From Cenarchaeum sp. (lineage in GTDB: Archaea; Thermoproteota; Nitrososphaeria; Nitrososphaerales; Nitrosopumilaceae), in contig OZ242221.1 in assembly GCA_965206845.1 (NCBI GenBank), positions 1,344,001-1,408,000 of the forward strand: 64,000 bases of DNA, written 5' to 3'. The notes beneath the pieces were generated by a model. That model worked only from the letters and a program-made list of their open reading frames with translations, searched no databases and was not told the origin of the DNA. Positions 48,693-58,917 of this stretch are shown in pieces. Every line of letters begins with the position of its first letter. Positions within the stretch are counted from its first letter, which is position 1. The position numbers were made by a program, and so were the translations under genes.

Positions 48693-51530
48693 GTGGTGTT
48701 GCGGCGTGGATTGGCAGGAGCGTCTGTTCTTGCGGTGATTGTGGCAGGAACCATAGGCATCGGCGCATATGCGCAGGATGGCGCCCCCGACTCCGGACTG
48801 TCCGGGGAGATCAACCTGGGCTCGATCGCGCCGCTTACGGGCGATCTGGCGCAGTACGGGGAGGAGGACCTGACGGCTACGAGACTTGCCATATCTGATT
48901 TTAACGAGTACCTTGCCGGCAAGGGCGCCGGCTGGTCAATCAACCTGATAGTCGAGGACTCGCAGACTCTCCCGACGGTTGCGCTGGACAAGCTTCAGGT
49001 ACTGCATGCCAAGAACATAAAGATCGTGCTAGGGCCCGAGACCAGCTCCAACCTTCAGAACATGAAGGGATATGCAGATGCCAACGGGATGCTGCTGTTC
49101 AGCTGCTGCTCCACATCCCCGCTTCTTGCCATCTCCGGCGACACCATATTTCGGATGGCGCCCGACGACTCCAACCAGGGCGCCGCAGTAGGCAAGATAT
49201 TCAGCGATGCCGGAATAGAGGTGATGGTACCGGTGTGGCGCGCCGACTCGTGGGGCGTGGGACTCGAGGAGGCCGCACGGGAGTCGTTCGTATCCCGAGG
49301 CGGTGTGGTCAACGAAGGGATAAGCTACAACCCCGAGGTCAGCGAGTTTTCGTCCGAGGCATCGCTTCTGGCGGATGTGGTCAGGGGATACGTGGACGAG
49401 TACGGCGCAGACAGGGTGGGCGTACTGTACATAGGGTTCGGCGAGGTGCTGCTGTTCATGCAGTCCGCATCAGACCACGACGTGCTCGACGATGTGATGT
49501 GGTTTGGCAGCGATGCCAACACAAAGGATTCGAGCCTTGTGGAGGATCCCATCGGACTGCAGTTTGTAACCGATACGAGATATACGACCGTGCAGGTGGC
49601 ATCGGGCAAGAACGATCTTAGCAGGCATGTGGACGAGTCGCTGAAGGCGGATATTGGAAGAGTGCCAAGCACGTACGCAAGCTCCGCATACGACGCGGCA
49701 TGGGTTGTGGGACTTGCAATAGAGCGGGCGCAGAGCACAGACGTCGAGACGGTGAGCCGGGCGATTCCTGTTGTTGCCGCGGAGCACACAGGTGCCTTGG
49801 GTTCTGCACGCCTTAACGACTACGGCGACCTGGCCCAGACAAACTACGACATCTGGGATATCAGGGACGGTTCATGGACACTGGCCGGAACGTACTTTTC
49901 AGCATCAGACGCCATCGAGCTTGAAGACGGCCCTAAAATGACGGCCAAACCCACTCTTGACGGCACCGTTCAGATTGGCGCCCTGCTCCCGATCACCGGA
50001 GACGGCTCAAGCGACGGTGCGGACATCCAGATTACGGTGGATCTCGCAGAGGCCCACTTTAACGATTATCTTGAGGAGAACGGAGTAGGCTGGAGGCTTG
50101 GCGTCCTGATCGAGGACACCGCAACCAGCCCCGCAATTGCCCTTGACAAGATATCTGGCCTCAAGGCAAGGGGCATCAATGCGATAGTGGGGACGTATTC
50201 CAGCGCGGAGCTGCAAAACGTCATGGGGTATGCAGAATCCAACGACCTGCTCCTGATCAGCTATGCGTCTGGAGCCCAGTCCCTTTCAATCGCCGGGGAC
50301 AACATATTCCGTTTTGTTCCAGCTGGAGCACAGGAAGCGCCGGCAGTGGCTAAATACCTAAAGGAGATTGGGATTACAAACCTGGTTCCTATATGGAGGG
50401 GCGATACCTGGGGTGACGGATTGATCGAGGCCCTGGAGTCGGAGATTGCTGCTACGGGCGGTGTCATGGATGAGGGAGTGCGGTATCATCCGGGATCCAC
50501 GGAATTTTCCACAGAGGTATCCATGCTCGCAGATCGGGTCGGGGCCAACATAGATGAAGCCGGAGCAGATAGAGTTGCAGTAGCAGCGTTGGCATTTGGC
50601 GAGATCGCAGACATCATGCAGTCCGCATCACGTCATGAGTCACTCTCCGGAGTGCTGTGGTATGGCACCGATGCGATCGTAAACAACGAGAAGTTTTCAA
50701 GCGATCCCGCCGTCCAGAAACTCGTCAGCGAGGCAGGCCTGGTCATACCAGTTTTTGTCCTGGCGCCGAATCCGGTATATGAGAAGGTAGTCTCACAGGC
50801 ATCGGAGATCAGCGGCAGGACCCCAAGCATATACGCAATACCTGCATACGATGCAGTCTGGGTGCTTGGGCTGTCGATGCTGGAGGCGGACTCTGCAGAG
50901 ACCGATGCGATCGTATCTGCGATGCCAGACGTGCTGGAGAGCTATTCCGGGGCGCTCGGCTCGATCGTCCTAAATGCCGCCGGCGACCTGGATACTGCCG
51001 CGTTTGAGATATACTCCGTGAATGGCACGCAGTGGACTTTGATCGGATCCTACGACTCGGCATCGGACTCTCTCGTACTTGAGGATGCCGTGATGGAGGA
51101 TAAGATGGCAGAAGACAAAACGGCAGAGGATGTCATAGATGAGCCTGGCGGATGCCTGATTGCGACTGCCGCATACGGCAGCGAGCTTGCCCCACAGGTC
51201 CAGTTTCTGCGCGAGATAAGGGACGGCACGCTGCTCTCCACCGACTCGGGGACATCGTTCATGGCAGGATTCAACCAGTTCTACTACTCGTTCTCCCCCG
51301 CAGTTGCGGACCTTGAGCGCGAGAGTGTCGTGTTCCGGGACGCCGTGAGGGTGGCGATAGCGCCTGCGCTGTACACGCTGAACATAATGGCGCTCGCAGA
51401 CCAGGGCTCCGACGTCTCGGTCATCGCGTTTGGCCTTCTTGCAGTTGCCGCCATGGCGGGCATCTATGTGGCAGGACCGGTCCTGGCAGTACGTGCCGTT
51501 AGCAGGAAGATAAGGAACAGGCACAGCTAG
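48693..51530 (+). CDS. surface solute-binding protein: two LivK/LivJ-like PBP domains + CFI-box-CTERM-like tail (paralog 1)
   Basis: Signal peptide; PLTG...EDSQT...YDAAW module occurs twice; GGCLIATAAYGSELAP...FNQFYYSFSP + TM. Confidence 0.88.
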   Translation: MVLRRGLAGASVLAVIVAGTIGIGAYAQDGAPDSGLSGEINLGSIAPLTGDLAQYGEEDLTATRLAISDFNEYLAGKGAGWSINLIVEDSQTLPTVALDKLQVLHAKNIKIVLGPETSSNLQNMKGYADANGMLLFSCCSTSPLLAISGDTIFRMAPDDSNQGAAVGKIFSDAGIEVMVPVWRADSWGVGLEEAARESFVSRGGVVNEGISYNPEVSEFSSEASLLADVVRGYVDEYGADRVGVLYIGFGEVLLFMQSASDHDVLDDVMWFGSDANTKDSSLVEDPIGLQFVTDTRYTTVQVASGKNDLSRHVDESLKADIGRVPSTYASSAYDAAWVVGLAIERAQSTDVETVSRAIPVVAAEHTGALGSARLNDYGDLAQTNYDIWDIRDGSWTLAGTYFSASDAIELEDGPKMTAKPTLDGTVQIGALLPITGDGSSDGADIQITVDLAEAHFNDYLEENGVGWRLGVLIEDTATSPAIALDKISGLKARGINAIVGTYSSAELQNVMGYAESNDLLLISYASGAQSLSIAGDNIFRFVPAGAQEAPAVAKYLKEIGITNLVPIWRGDTWGDGLIEALESEIAATGGVMDEGVRYHPGSTEFSTEVSMLADRVGANIDEAGADRVAVAALAFGEIADIMQSASRHESLSGVLWYGTDAIVNNEKFSSDPAVQKLVSEAGLVIPVFVLAPNPVYEKVVSQASEISGRTPSIYAIPAYDAVWVLGLSMLEADSAETDAIVSAMPDVLESYSGALGSIVLNAAGDLDTAAFEIYSVNGTQWTLIGSYDSASDSLVLEDAVMEDKMAEDKTAEDVIDEPGGCLIATAAYGSELAPQVQFLREIRDGTLLSTDSGTSFMAGFNQFYYSFSPAVADLERESVVFRDAVRVAIAPALYTLNIMALADQGSDVSVIAFGLLAVAAMAGIYVAGPVLAVRAVSRKIRNRHS

Positions 51531-51705
51531 GCCCCTGCGGTACTATATGCGCCGGGAACATGATCGCGCATGGGCGCCCTTGCAGCGTGATGCGGCTGCC
51601 AGCAGGATACTCGCAGTAGAATCTGGATGGGGGTCTGCGCATGCCTCTGTAGGGTGCAGCTGTCCAGTTAATCATTTTATAAACTAGACAGTTTTAACAG
51701 AATCG

Positions 51706-54552
51706 TTGTGGCATGGGTCAACAGGCGCATTTGTCCTTGCGGTGATTGTGGCAGGAGCCATGGGTGTCGGCGCATATGCACAGGATGGCGCCCCTGACTC
51801 CGGACTGTCCGGGGAGATCAGCCTTGGCCTGATCTCGCCGCTTACGGGCGACATAGCGCAGTACGGGGAGGAGAACCTGGCGGCCACGAGACTCGCCATA
51901 TCTGATTTTAACGAGTACCTTGCCGGCAAGGATGCCGGCTGGTCAATTAATGTTGTAGTAGAGGATACGCAGACGCTTCCCACCGTGGCGCTGGAGAAAC
52001 TGCAGTCGCTGCGCTCCAAGGACATAAGGGTCGTACTTGGGCCTGTGTCCAGCGCATCATTGCAGAACGTAAAGGGGTATGCCGATGCCAATGGAATGCT
52101 GCTGTTCAGCTGCTGCTCCACATCGCCGCTTCTTGCCATATCTGGCGACATGATATTTAGGATGTCGCCTGATGACTCCAATGCGGGCATTGCAATGGGC
52201 AAGATCCTCGAGGATGCTGGGATCGATGTAATTGTGCCGGTATGGCGCGAGGACGCATGGGGCGTGGGAATTGAGAGTGCCTCGCGGGAGTCATTTACAT
52301 CCCGGGGTGGCACAGTAGACGACGGACTGGGCTACAGCCCCGAGGTCAGCGAGTTTTCAGCCGAGACGTCAATCTTGGCAGACAGGGTGCAGGGATACGT
52401 AGACGAGTACGGGGCAGATAATGTGGGCGTACTGTACATGGGATTCGGCGAAGTGTTGCCGTTCATGCAGGCAGCGTCGATCCACGACATACTTGGCGAT
52501 GTGAGATGGTTTGGCACCGATGCCAACACAAAGGCGTCAAGTCTTGTGGAAGATCCCATCGGGCTCCAATTTGTAACTCATACAGGGTATACGACCACAC
52601 TGGTAACGTCAGGCAAGAACGACCTCAGCAAGCATGTGGAGGAGTCGCTGGATGCGGAGATTGGAAGGATACCCACCACGTACGCAAGCTCCGCATACGA
52701 TGCGGCATGGGTTGTGGCCCTTGCAATAGAGAGAGAGCAGAGCACCGATGTTGTGGCGCTGGCCGAGGCAATACCCGAGGTTGTCGCAGGGTACACAGGC
52801 GCCTTGGGCCCCATACGCCTCAACGACGCGGGTGACTTGATCCAGACAAACTATGACGTATGGACCATCAGTGATGGCGCATGGGCAGTAATCGGATCGT
52901 ACCTTGCGGCCACGGACACGATCAAGCTTGATGATGCCATGGCGGATGATAAAATGATGGCCAAACCCGCCCTTGACGGCACCGTCCAAATTGGCGGACT
53001 GGTTACAACTACCGGCTCCGCCTCAAACTCTGGCGCGGATGTCGCAGTCGCGGTGGCCCTTGCAGAGTCTGATTTCAACAAGTATCTTCAGGAGAACGGC
53101 ATGACTTGGACGCTTGATGTCTTGATCGAGGACACTGCAACCGACCCCGGGATGGCTCTTGACCTTGTTGCCGGATTTGATGCGAGGGGCATCAATGTTG
53201 TGGTGGGACCGTATAGCAGCGCGGAACTGGGCAACATCCGGGAGTATGTGGACTCCAATGGAATGCTCGCGCTCAGCTATGGGTCCACCGCCCCGTCCCT
53301 TGCAATCGCAGGAGACAACATACTCCGGTTTGTCGCAGACGACAGAACCCAGGCACCTGCAGCTGCAAAGTATTTGGAGGACATCGGGATTACAAACATC
53401 GTTCCGATATGGAGGGGAGACCCTTGGGGTGACGGCCTGAGCGATGCCATAAGGGCAGAGTTTACGGCAGCAGGTGGCGTCGCAGACGGCGGGGTGCGAT
53501 ACGCGCCAGACGCCGTGGACTTTGCCGCCGATGCCCTGGTACTTTCAGAACGGGTTGCCTCCAACATAGGCGCTGTGGGGGCAGACAGGGTAGCAGTCAT
53601 TGCCCTGCCATTCAACGAATTTCCCAGAATCATACACTCTGCATCACAGCATGGGCCGCTCTCCCAAGTACTCTGGCTTACCACCGACACGGTCGTATCC
53701 AGCGTCAACCTGCTAGACGATCCCGTCTCCAAGGAGTTCATAGATGCGACAGGAATGACCATGATCGGCCTTGATCTGCCGTCAAATCCAACACAGGATG
53801 AGGTGGGCTCCAAGATAGAGGCCATCAACGGCGGGGCTCCGGCTAGATATGCATTCTACGCATATGACACGGTATGGATCGCCGGACTGTCGATACTTGC
53901 AGCGGGCTCTGCTGAGACCGACGCGGTTATGGCCGCGATTCCAGGCGTGCTGGAGGACTACTCCGGAGCCGCCGGTACGTTTACCCTAAATGACGCAGGC
54001 GATCTGGACTCGGTCACCTACAGCATATTCCGCCTGCAAGATTTTGAGTTTGTTGCGATCGAGACCTTTGATCCGGCATCCGGCTCGTTTGCCCCCGTTG
54101 ATGCAATGACGGACGATAAGGAGTCCGGTGATGCCATGTCCAAGCCTGATGATGCCGAGTCCCCCGGCGGCGGATGCCTGATTGCGACCGCCGCATACGG
54201 TAGCGAGCTTGCCCCGCAGATCCAGTTCCTGCGTGAGATAAGGGATGGCACGCTGCTCTCCACCGACTCGGGGACATCGTTCATGACAGGCTTCAACCAG
54301 TTCTACTATTCGTTCTCCCCCGCCATTGCAGACCTTGAGCGCGAGAGTGTCGTGTTCCGGGACGCCGTGAGGGTAGCGATAACGCCTGCACTGTACACGC
54401 TGAACATAATGACGCTTGCAGACCAGGGCTCTGACGGTTCTGTCATCGCGTTTGGCCTACTCGCGATTGCCGCCATGGCAGGCATCTATGTGGCAGGACC
54501 AGTCCTGGCAGTACGCACCGTTGGCAGAAAGGTAAGGAACAGGCACAGCTAG
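51706..54552 (+). CDS. surface solute-binding protein: two PBP domains + CFI-box-CTERM-like tail (paralog 2)
   Basis: Tandem paralog of 48693-51530 with the same architecture. Confidence 0.88.
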   Translation: MWHGSTGAFVLAVIVAGAMGVGAYAQDGAPDSGLSGEISLGLISPLTGDIAQYGEENLAATRLAISDFNEYLAGKDAGWSINVVVEDTQTLPTVALEKLQSLRSKDIRVVLGPVSSASLQNVKGYADANGMLLFSCCSTSPLLAISGDMIFRMSPDDSNAGIAMGKILEDAGIDVIVPVWREDAWGVGIESASRESFTSRGGTVDDGLGYSPEVSEFSAETSILADRVQGYVDEYGADNVGVLYMGFGEVLPFMQAASIHDILGDVRWFGTDANTKASSLVEDPIGLQFVTHTGYTTTLVTSGKNDLSKHVEESLDAEIGRIPTTYASSAYDAAWVVALAIEREQSTDVVALAEAIPEVVAGYTGALGPIRLNDAGDLIQTNYDVWTISDGAWAVIGSYLAATDTIKLDDAMADDKMMAKPALDGTVQIGGLVTTTGSASNSGADVAVAVALAESDFNKYLQENGMTWTLDVLIEDTATDPGMALDLVAGFDARGINVVVGPYSSAELGNIREYVDSNGMLALSYGSTAPSLAIAGDNILRFVADDRTQAPAAAKYLEDIGITNIVPIWRGDPWGDGLSDAIRAEFTAAGGVADGGVRYAPDAVDFAADALVLSERVASNIGAVGADRVAVIALPFNEFPRIIHSASQHGPLSQVLWLTTDTVVSSVNLLDDPVSKEFIDATGMTMIGLDLPSNPTQDEVGSKIEAINGGAPARYAFYAYDTVWIAGLSILAAGSAETDAVMAAIPGVLEDYSGAAGTFTLNDAGDLDSVTYSIFRLQDFEFVAIETFDPASGSFAPVDAMTDDKESGDAMSKPDDAESPGGGCLIATAAYGSELAPQIQFLREIRDGTLLSTDSGTSFMTGFNQFYYSFSPAIADLERESVVFRDAVRVAITPALYTLNIMTLADQGSDGSVIAFGLLAIAAMAGIYVAGPVLAVRTVGRKVRNRHS

Positions 54553-54715
54553 GCATCTGTTGCACTGCGCGGGAGACTGGGGATGTGGTCACGCACCGGC
54601 GCCCCCTCTTTGTGATACGGCTGCCGGCAGGGTACCTGTCCTGGCCTGTCGCAGTATGGCAGCATCAGGGCCTTTACGATCAAATACATATACCGTACGC
54701 CCTCTCATCTCTCCG

Positions 54716-55303
54716 TTGTCCGGCTCCATAAACTGGTTCAGCGACTTTCTGGGCGTCGCATACCGGTACTACGACCTCAGGATGAATGTGGCCCCCCTGT
54801 TTCCGGACAGGAGGATAGCCGCTGCCGTATGGAACGATACCCTCCACTGGTGGGTGGACCCAACTGTGCGACTTCGGTTCGTGGAGAGCAATGACGATAT
54901 CTGGTTCATCGTTGCCGCCGAGTCAAGGCGACCCGATACGAACATGGCGTTCTTCAAGGTTCTACCCAGATCCGAAAACTACGAGCGGTTCAAAAAGGGC
55001 CACGGCGGCGAGGCTTACATTCGGCTGGGGGTGTACATGAAGAAGTACCGGGACGATGTCAAGGACGATGCCCTGTGCGACTGCATGCACGAGAAGCAGG
55101 ATCACGACGAGGGGGACAGCAGCGAGTGCCTCTACGAAGACTGCCAGTGCAAAAAGTTCGAGTCCTTCCAGATCACGTTGCTCAAGAAGAAGAAGGTCAT
55201 CACTGACATCAGGTTTCTCTCCGAGGATGAGGTTCGGGATGACGCACTGACCTGGAACTGTCTTTACACCTACAAGTATCGGGCCCAGGAATCCGAAGGA
55301 TAA
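54716..55303 (+). CDS. hypothetical protein with Cys/His-rich insert
   Basis: TTG start about 25 nt after an AT-rich box; CDCMH...H...C...CQC motif. Confidence 0.7.
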   Translation: MSGSINWFSDFLGVAYRYYDLRMNVAPLFPDRRIAAAVWNDTLHWWVDPTVRLRFVESNDDIWFIVAAESRRPDTNMAFFKVLPRSENYERFKKGHGGEAYIRLGVYMKKYRDDVKDDALCDCMHEKQDHDEGDSSECLYEDCQCKKFESFQITLLKKKKVITDIRFLSEDEVRDDALTWNCLYTYKYRAQESEG

Positions 55304-55306
55304 TCT

Positions 55307-55474
55307 CTAGTCTTTGTCTATATTGACCCGGACATGATCGCCGGGATAGTGATCACATATCTTCTGGGAGTAGCACCCACTGCACAGGGGCCCCTGGATC
55401 TTCCATTGAACCATGGGCTCGTACCTCTGTGCCACGACCCCTCCACAGATGCTACATTTTTCGTCCGAAACCAA
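55307..55474 (-). CDS. 55-aa zinc-finger protein (not in ORF track)
   Basis: MVSDEKCSICGG...PLCSGCYSQKICDHYPGDHVRVNIDKD*; TTTATATA about 25 nt upstream. Confidence 0.75.
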   Translation of the reverse strand: MVSDEKCSICGGVVAQRYEPMVQWKIQGPLCSGCYSQKICDHYPGDHVRVNIDKD

Positions 55475-55815
55475 TTCGGTACTGCTATCCGGCAGTCTAT
55501 ATAAAAATCAATAATGGGTGGCGCAAACAGAGGCTCGATCCCTATTGGAAGCTGGATCGCATCCTCAGGAGCTGGCCTGATCCGTGCTGAGCCAAGACGG
55601 ATACCTGGCCTGATGCGTCCTCGGGACAATCTGCGGGCGGCGTGGGTCTGGAGGCGCGTCCTTGCAGCATGGGTCCGTGCAAGCGTGGCAGGTGCCCACC
55701 GCATCCCCGGTGGGGACCATGACACTTGCAGGTTGTGGCTGCCGTACCCTGTGTGCCGCGCCCGGTTTGGGTGCTCCTGTCACTGTATAATATACCTCGT
55801 GTACAGGTGTCTGTC

Positions 55816-56229
55816 ATGAGGAGGTGGCTTGGTGCCGTGGCCGGCGCCGTCACGGCGGCAGTAGTCTTGGCTGCGGTATCGGGCGGCGGCACTGCCGAGG
55901 ATGTCGACGTGGCTCCGGTGGCATTTGACGTGCTCATGCCCGTCAAGTCCTCCCGGCCCGGCTGCGAGGAGGCAGACATGTGCTACATTCCGTCCGCAGT
56001 CACAGCCGGAGTGGGACAGCCGGTGGTCTGGATGAACCGGGATGTGGCGTTTCACAGCATTACGTCGGGCTCGTACGGCGCGCCCACGGAACTCTTTGAC
56101 AGCGGCCACCTGGATCCGGACGAGACCTTCTCTGTCACGTTTGAGGAGCCGGGCCGGTACGACTACTTTTGCACGCTGCACCCGTGGATGGAGGGCGAGG
56201 TGATGATCAAAGGTGAGGAAGGGATTTGA
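55816..56229 (+). CDS. blue (type 1) copper protein, plastocyanin/azurin family
   Basis: Signal peptide; FHSITSG and YFCTLHPWMEG copper ligands. Confidence 0.92.
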   Translation: MRRWLGAVAGAVTAAVVLAAVSGGGTAEDVDVAPVAFDVLMPVKSSRPGCEEADMCYIPSAVTAGVGQPVVWMNRDVAFHSITSGSYGAPTELFDSGHLDPDETFSVTFEEPGRYDYFCTLHPWMEGEVMIKGEEGI

Positions 56230-56282
56230 ACCCCTGTAAATGGGCTTTGCAGGCCCACGCATAACCGCTCTGCCACCTCACC
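56211..56282 (-). tRNA. tRNA-Cys(GCA)
   Basis: GGTGAGG...TGGGC-CTGCAAA-GCCCA...GGTTCAAATCC...CCTCACCT. Confidence 0.94.
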
Positions 56283-56416
56283 GCAGTCAGAGAACCCTGC
56301 AAATTACAATTAAACGCTTCGTGTGGATTGCGCCGGAGGCCTAGTGCCCTTTGGGGACGCTCTGGCAGGTGCTCCACCTGCAGCCCTCTGCATCAGGACG
56401 CATGCCTGCATAAAGG

Positions 56417-56635
56417 TCAGGATCTTATAAACGCCTTTGAGGCCAGCTTTATGTCGTCTGCCCTCACCGTCTTTCTTCCCGCGTGGTATGCCATCTCCAC
56501 GGCGCTCTTTGATATGGCAAGCGCTATATCCTCGACAGTCCGCCTCAGCTCGTCTGTTGACTCCTCGCTTATCCTCTCCGCTCCGGATTTTTTTAGGATC
56601 CTGTACACTGCCATCGCCCCGATATCTGATCCCAT
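56417..56635 (-). CDS. archaeal histone (HMf-like)
   Basis: RILKKSGAERIS...HAGRKTVRADDIKLA histone fold. Confidence 0.93.
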   Translation of the reverse strand: MGSDIGAMAVYRILKKSGAERISEESTDELRRTVEDIALAISKSAVEMAYHAGRKTVRADDIKLASKAFIRS

Positions 56636-56722
56636 GGGTAGATCATCCCCTACGCGCTAAAATACTTTGAGATCGCGCCCGGCGGGAATCGATTTATACC
56701 GCTCATCGGGTTACCGTGTCTT

Positions 56723-57475
56723 ATGTCTTGGCTGTACGACGCGCACATCCATCTCTCAGACTCCGTGTACGCGCCGGGGATGGAGTCCGTGCTGCAGGCC
56801 ATGGGGCGGATGCGGATAAAGGCATGCTGCGTGTCGACGGACCACGACACCTCACTGCGGGCGCTGGATCTGGCAGAGAGGAGCCGCCTGATCCTGCCAT
56901 TCCTGGGGATCCATCCGGAGGAGGCGCAGGAAGACACCGGTGTGGTGGAGCGCCTGATCGAGGAGAACTCTTCTGCGATTGCTGGGGTCGGCGAGATCGG
57001 CCTTGACAGGACACTTGCGTCAGGAGAACGGTTTGGCCGGCAGAGGACGGTCTTTGAGAGGATGCTGGGGTTGGCAGAGAGGCTGGGAAAGCCCGTGTCT
57101 GTCCACTCAAGAAAGACCCTAGACGAGGTATGCGATATACTTCCCTCGTTTAACACCGGCGGGGTGCTGCTGCACTGGTTTGATGGCAGCAAGAGGCAGC
57201 TGGCTAGGGCCATGGATCTGGGATTTTATGTCTCGTACGGCCCCGTCATGGTGTACGCAAATGACAAGCGTGTCCTGCTCTCAAAGACCGATCGGGATCG
57301 GATCCTGGTGGAGACCGACGGCCCGGTGCGGTTCTCGCGCTGCTTTGGGCACAGGCCGGCCAGCCCGGGCTTTATACCCAGCGTGGTCTTTTGCGCCTCG
57401 CAGATTCTGCGGCTTCCGTACCCGGAGACCTGCTCCATGCTTGAGCGCAACTCCGAGAGGTTTCTTGGGGTGTAG
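56723..57475 (+). CDS. TatD-family hydrolase
   Basis: DAHIH, GIHP, GEIGLD, VHSR, LHWF and ETDGP motifs. Confidence 0.93.
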   Translation: MSWLYDAHIHLSDSVYAPGMESVLQAMGRMRIKACCVSTDHDTSLRALDLAERSRLILPFLGIHPEEAQEDTGVVERLIEENSSAIAGVGEIGLDRTLASGERFGRQRTVFERMLGLAERLGKPVSVHSRKTLDEVCDILPSFNTGGVLLHWFDGSKRQLARAMDLGFYVSYGPVMVYANDKRVLLSKTDRDRILVETDGPVRFSRCFGHRPASPGFIPSVVFCASQILRLPYPETCSMLERNSERFLGV

Positions 57476-57622
57476 CCAGCATGGCCCGCTTCCTTGCGGG
57501 TGTCTGGTTGTGTGCGGCTGCCAGGGGCTGGCGCGCATCCGGAATCTGAGCGTGGCTTGGGGTTGCATGCCGCAGAGCCATTCTGGTATAGGTATAAAAC
57601 CCCCCTGCCAATAATCCCGCCA

Positions 57623-58129
57623 TTGAACAGAATCAAGAGTCTGTCCAGAAAGGTGCTACAGGAGCACAAATCCAAGTTTGGCCCCAGCTTTGCCGCAAAC
57701 AAGGAGGCACTGGGCCAGGTCTCGATTATATCCTCAAAGGGCCTGAAGAATGAGATTGCAGGCTATATTACAAACCTGATAAAAAAGGAGCTAGCGGCTG
57801 CAAAGGAGAAGCTGGAACAGGAGATGATACTGGCAGAGCAGGAGAGGAAGGAGGCAGAGCGGCTCAAGAAGGAAGAGGAGGAGAGGAACGCCTTGGCACA
57901 AAAGGCCACGGCGGCCGTTCCGGCTGAAGACGCACAAGCCGTTTCAGGCGAGGACGCCCCCGCAGCTCCCGCCGGGGAGGCCACGCCCACAAAACCTGCC
58001 GAGCCCGAGCAAGAGACTGCTGCAGCACCGGATGCGCCCGGCGGAGATGCGCCAGACCCCGCTGACGCAGAACCCAAAGGCGCCGACGCGGCAAAGCCTG
58101 CACCCGCCGTGGAGTCTCCCGCAGATTAG
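57623..58129 (+). CDS. rps17e: 30S ribosomal protein eS17 with long Ala/Pro/Glu tail
   Basis: F...NKEAL...SKGLKNEIAGYIT motif; TTG start. Confidence 0.85.
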   Translation: MNRIKSLSRKVLQEHKSKFGPSFAANKEALGQVSIISSKGLKNEIAGYITNLIKKELAAAKEKLEQEMILAEQERKEAERLKKEEEERNALAQKATAAVPAEDAQAVSGEDAPAAPAGEATPTKPAEPEQETAAAPDAPGGDAPDPADAEPKGADAAKPAPAVESPAD

Positions 58130-58146
58130 CGAGACCTGTTGCAGCG

Positions 58147-58917
58147 TTGATACGAATCAAGCTCTTTGGCGGTGCCAGAAAGTCGTTCCTGAGCGACGAG
58201 ATCACAATCGATGGGGGCGGCATCACCATAGCAGACATCCTGGAGTACTTGGTGCAGAACAAGCCGGAGGGTACTGCGGATCTTGATACCGCCAATGCCC
58301 TGATAGCCGTCAACGGGGCGGACTCGTCTGCGCTGGGAGGCCGCGATGCGGTGGTAAACTCGGGCGACGTGGTGAGCGTCATCCCTGTGATACACGGCGG
58401 CTCTCGGATCCGGTTCATGATCGGAAGCAGGCCCGTCGAGATCCTCGAGGTGCGGGGCAGGGAGGAGTTTGACCACACGTACATCGATGATCTCAGGGAG
58501 CGGCACCGGAGGCTGGCGCTCCAGGGCGTGTCGTCCGCGTTTGTGCTTGGCATATCGCACGTCCAGAAGATACTCTACCTGTCGCTGCGATCCCAAAGAT
58601 ACGGCGCACTCCTGGCAAAAAGACTCGAGGCCGACATACTGGCGCGGTTTGCGTGCACGACGCAGATCTCCAGGGCCATTGCCGGCGCCGGCATATCCCC
58701 CGGACGGGACTTTGTCCTGATCGCTGTGGGGCCTACCGCCGGGCTGAACCGCCTGTATTCGGACGTCAAGCCGTTCCTAGCGCCCAATCCCTTTCAAAAT
58801 GCCAATCCGGAGTTTCTGAAGAGAGAGTTTCAGATCACGCAGGAGCACCTGCAGGCAGTCGACTCGGACACCCCGCTGGAGGACGTCCTGGTGGAGCGGG
58901 CCGCCACACTATTCTGA
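58147..58917 (+). CDS. ThiS/MoaD ubiquitin-like domain fused to KEOPS Cgi121
   Basis: IKLFGG...IAVNG...VIPVIHGG followed by a Cgi121-like domain (LEADILARFACTTQISRAI...G). Confidence 0.85.
   Translation: MIRIKLFGGARKSFLSDEITIDGGGITIADILEYLVQNKPEGTADLDTANALIAVNGADSSALGGRDAVVNSGDVVSVIPVIHGGSRIRFMIGSRPVEILEVRGREEFDHTYIDDLRERHRRLALQGVSSAFVLGISHVQKILYLSLRSQRYGALLAKRLEADILARFACTTQISRAIAGAGISPGRDFVLIAVGPTAGLNRLYSDVKPFLAPNPFQNANPEFLKREFQITQEHLQAVDSDTPLEDVLVERAATLF

Noticed and set aside
42900-58129. Low-complexity acidic/Ala-Pro extensions on uS11 and eS17
   Set aside because: Such extensions are common in thaumarchaeal ribosomal proteins and are not distinctive here.
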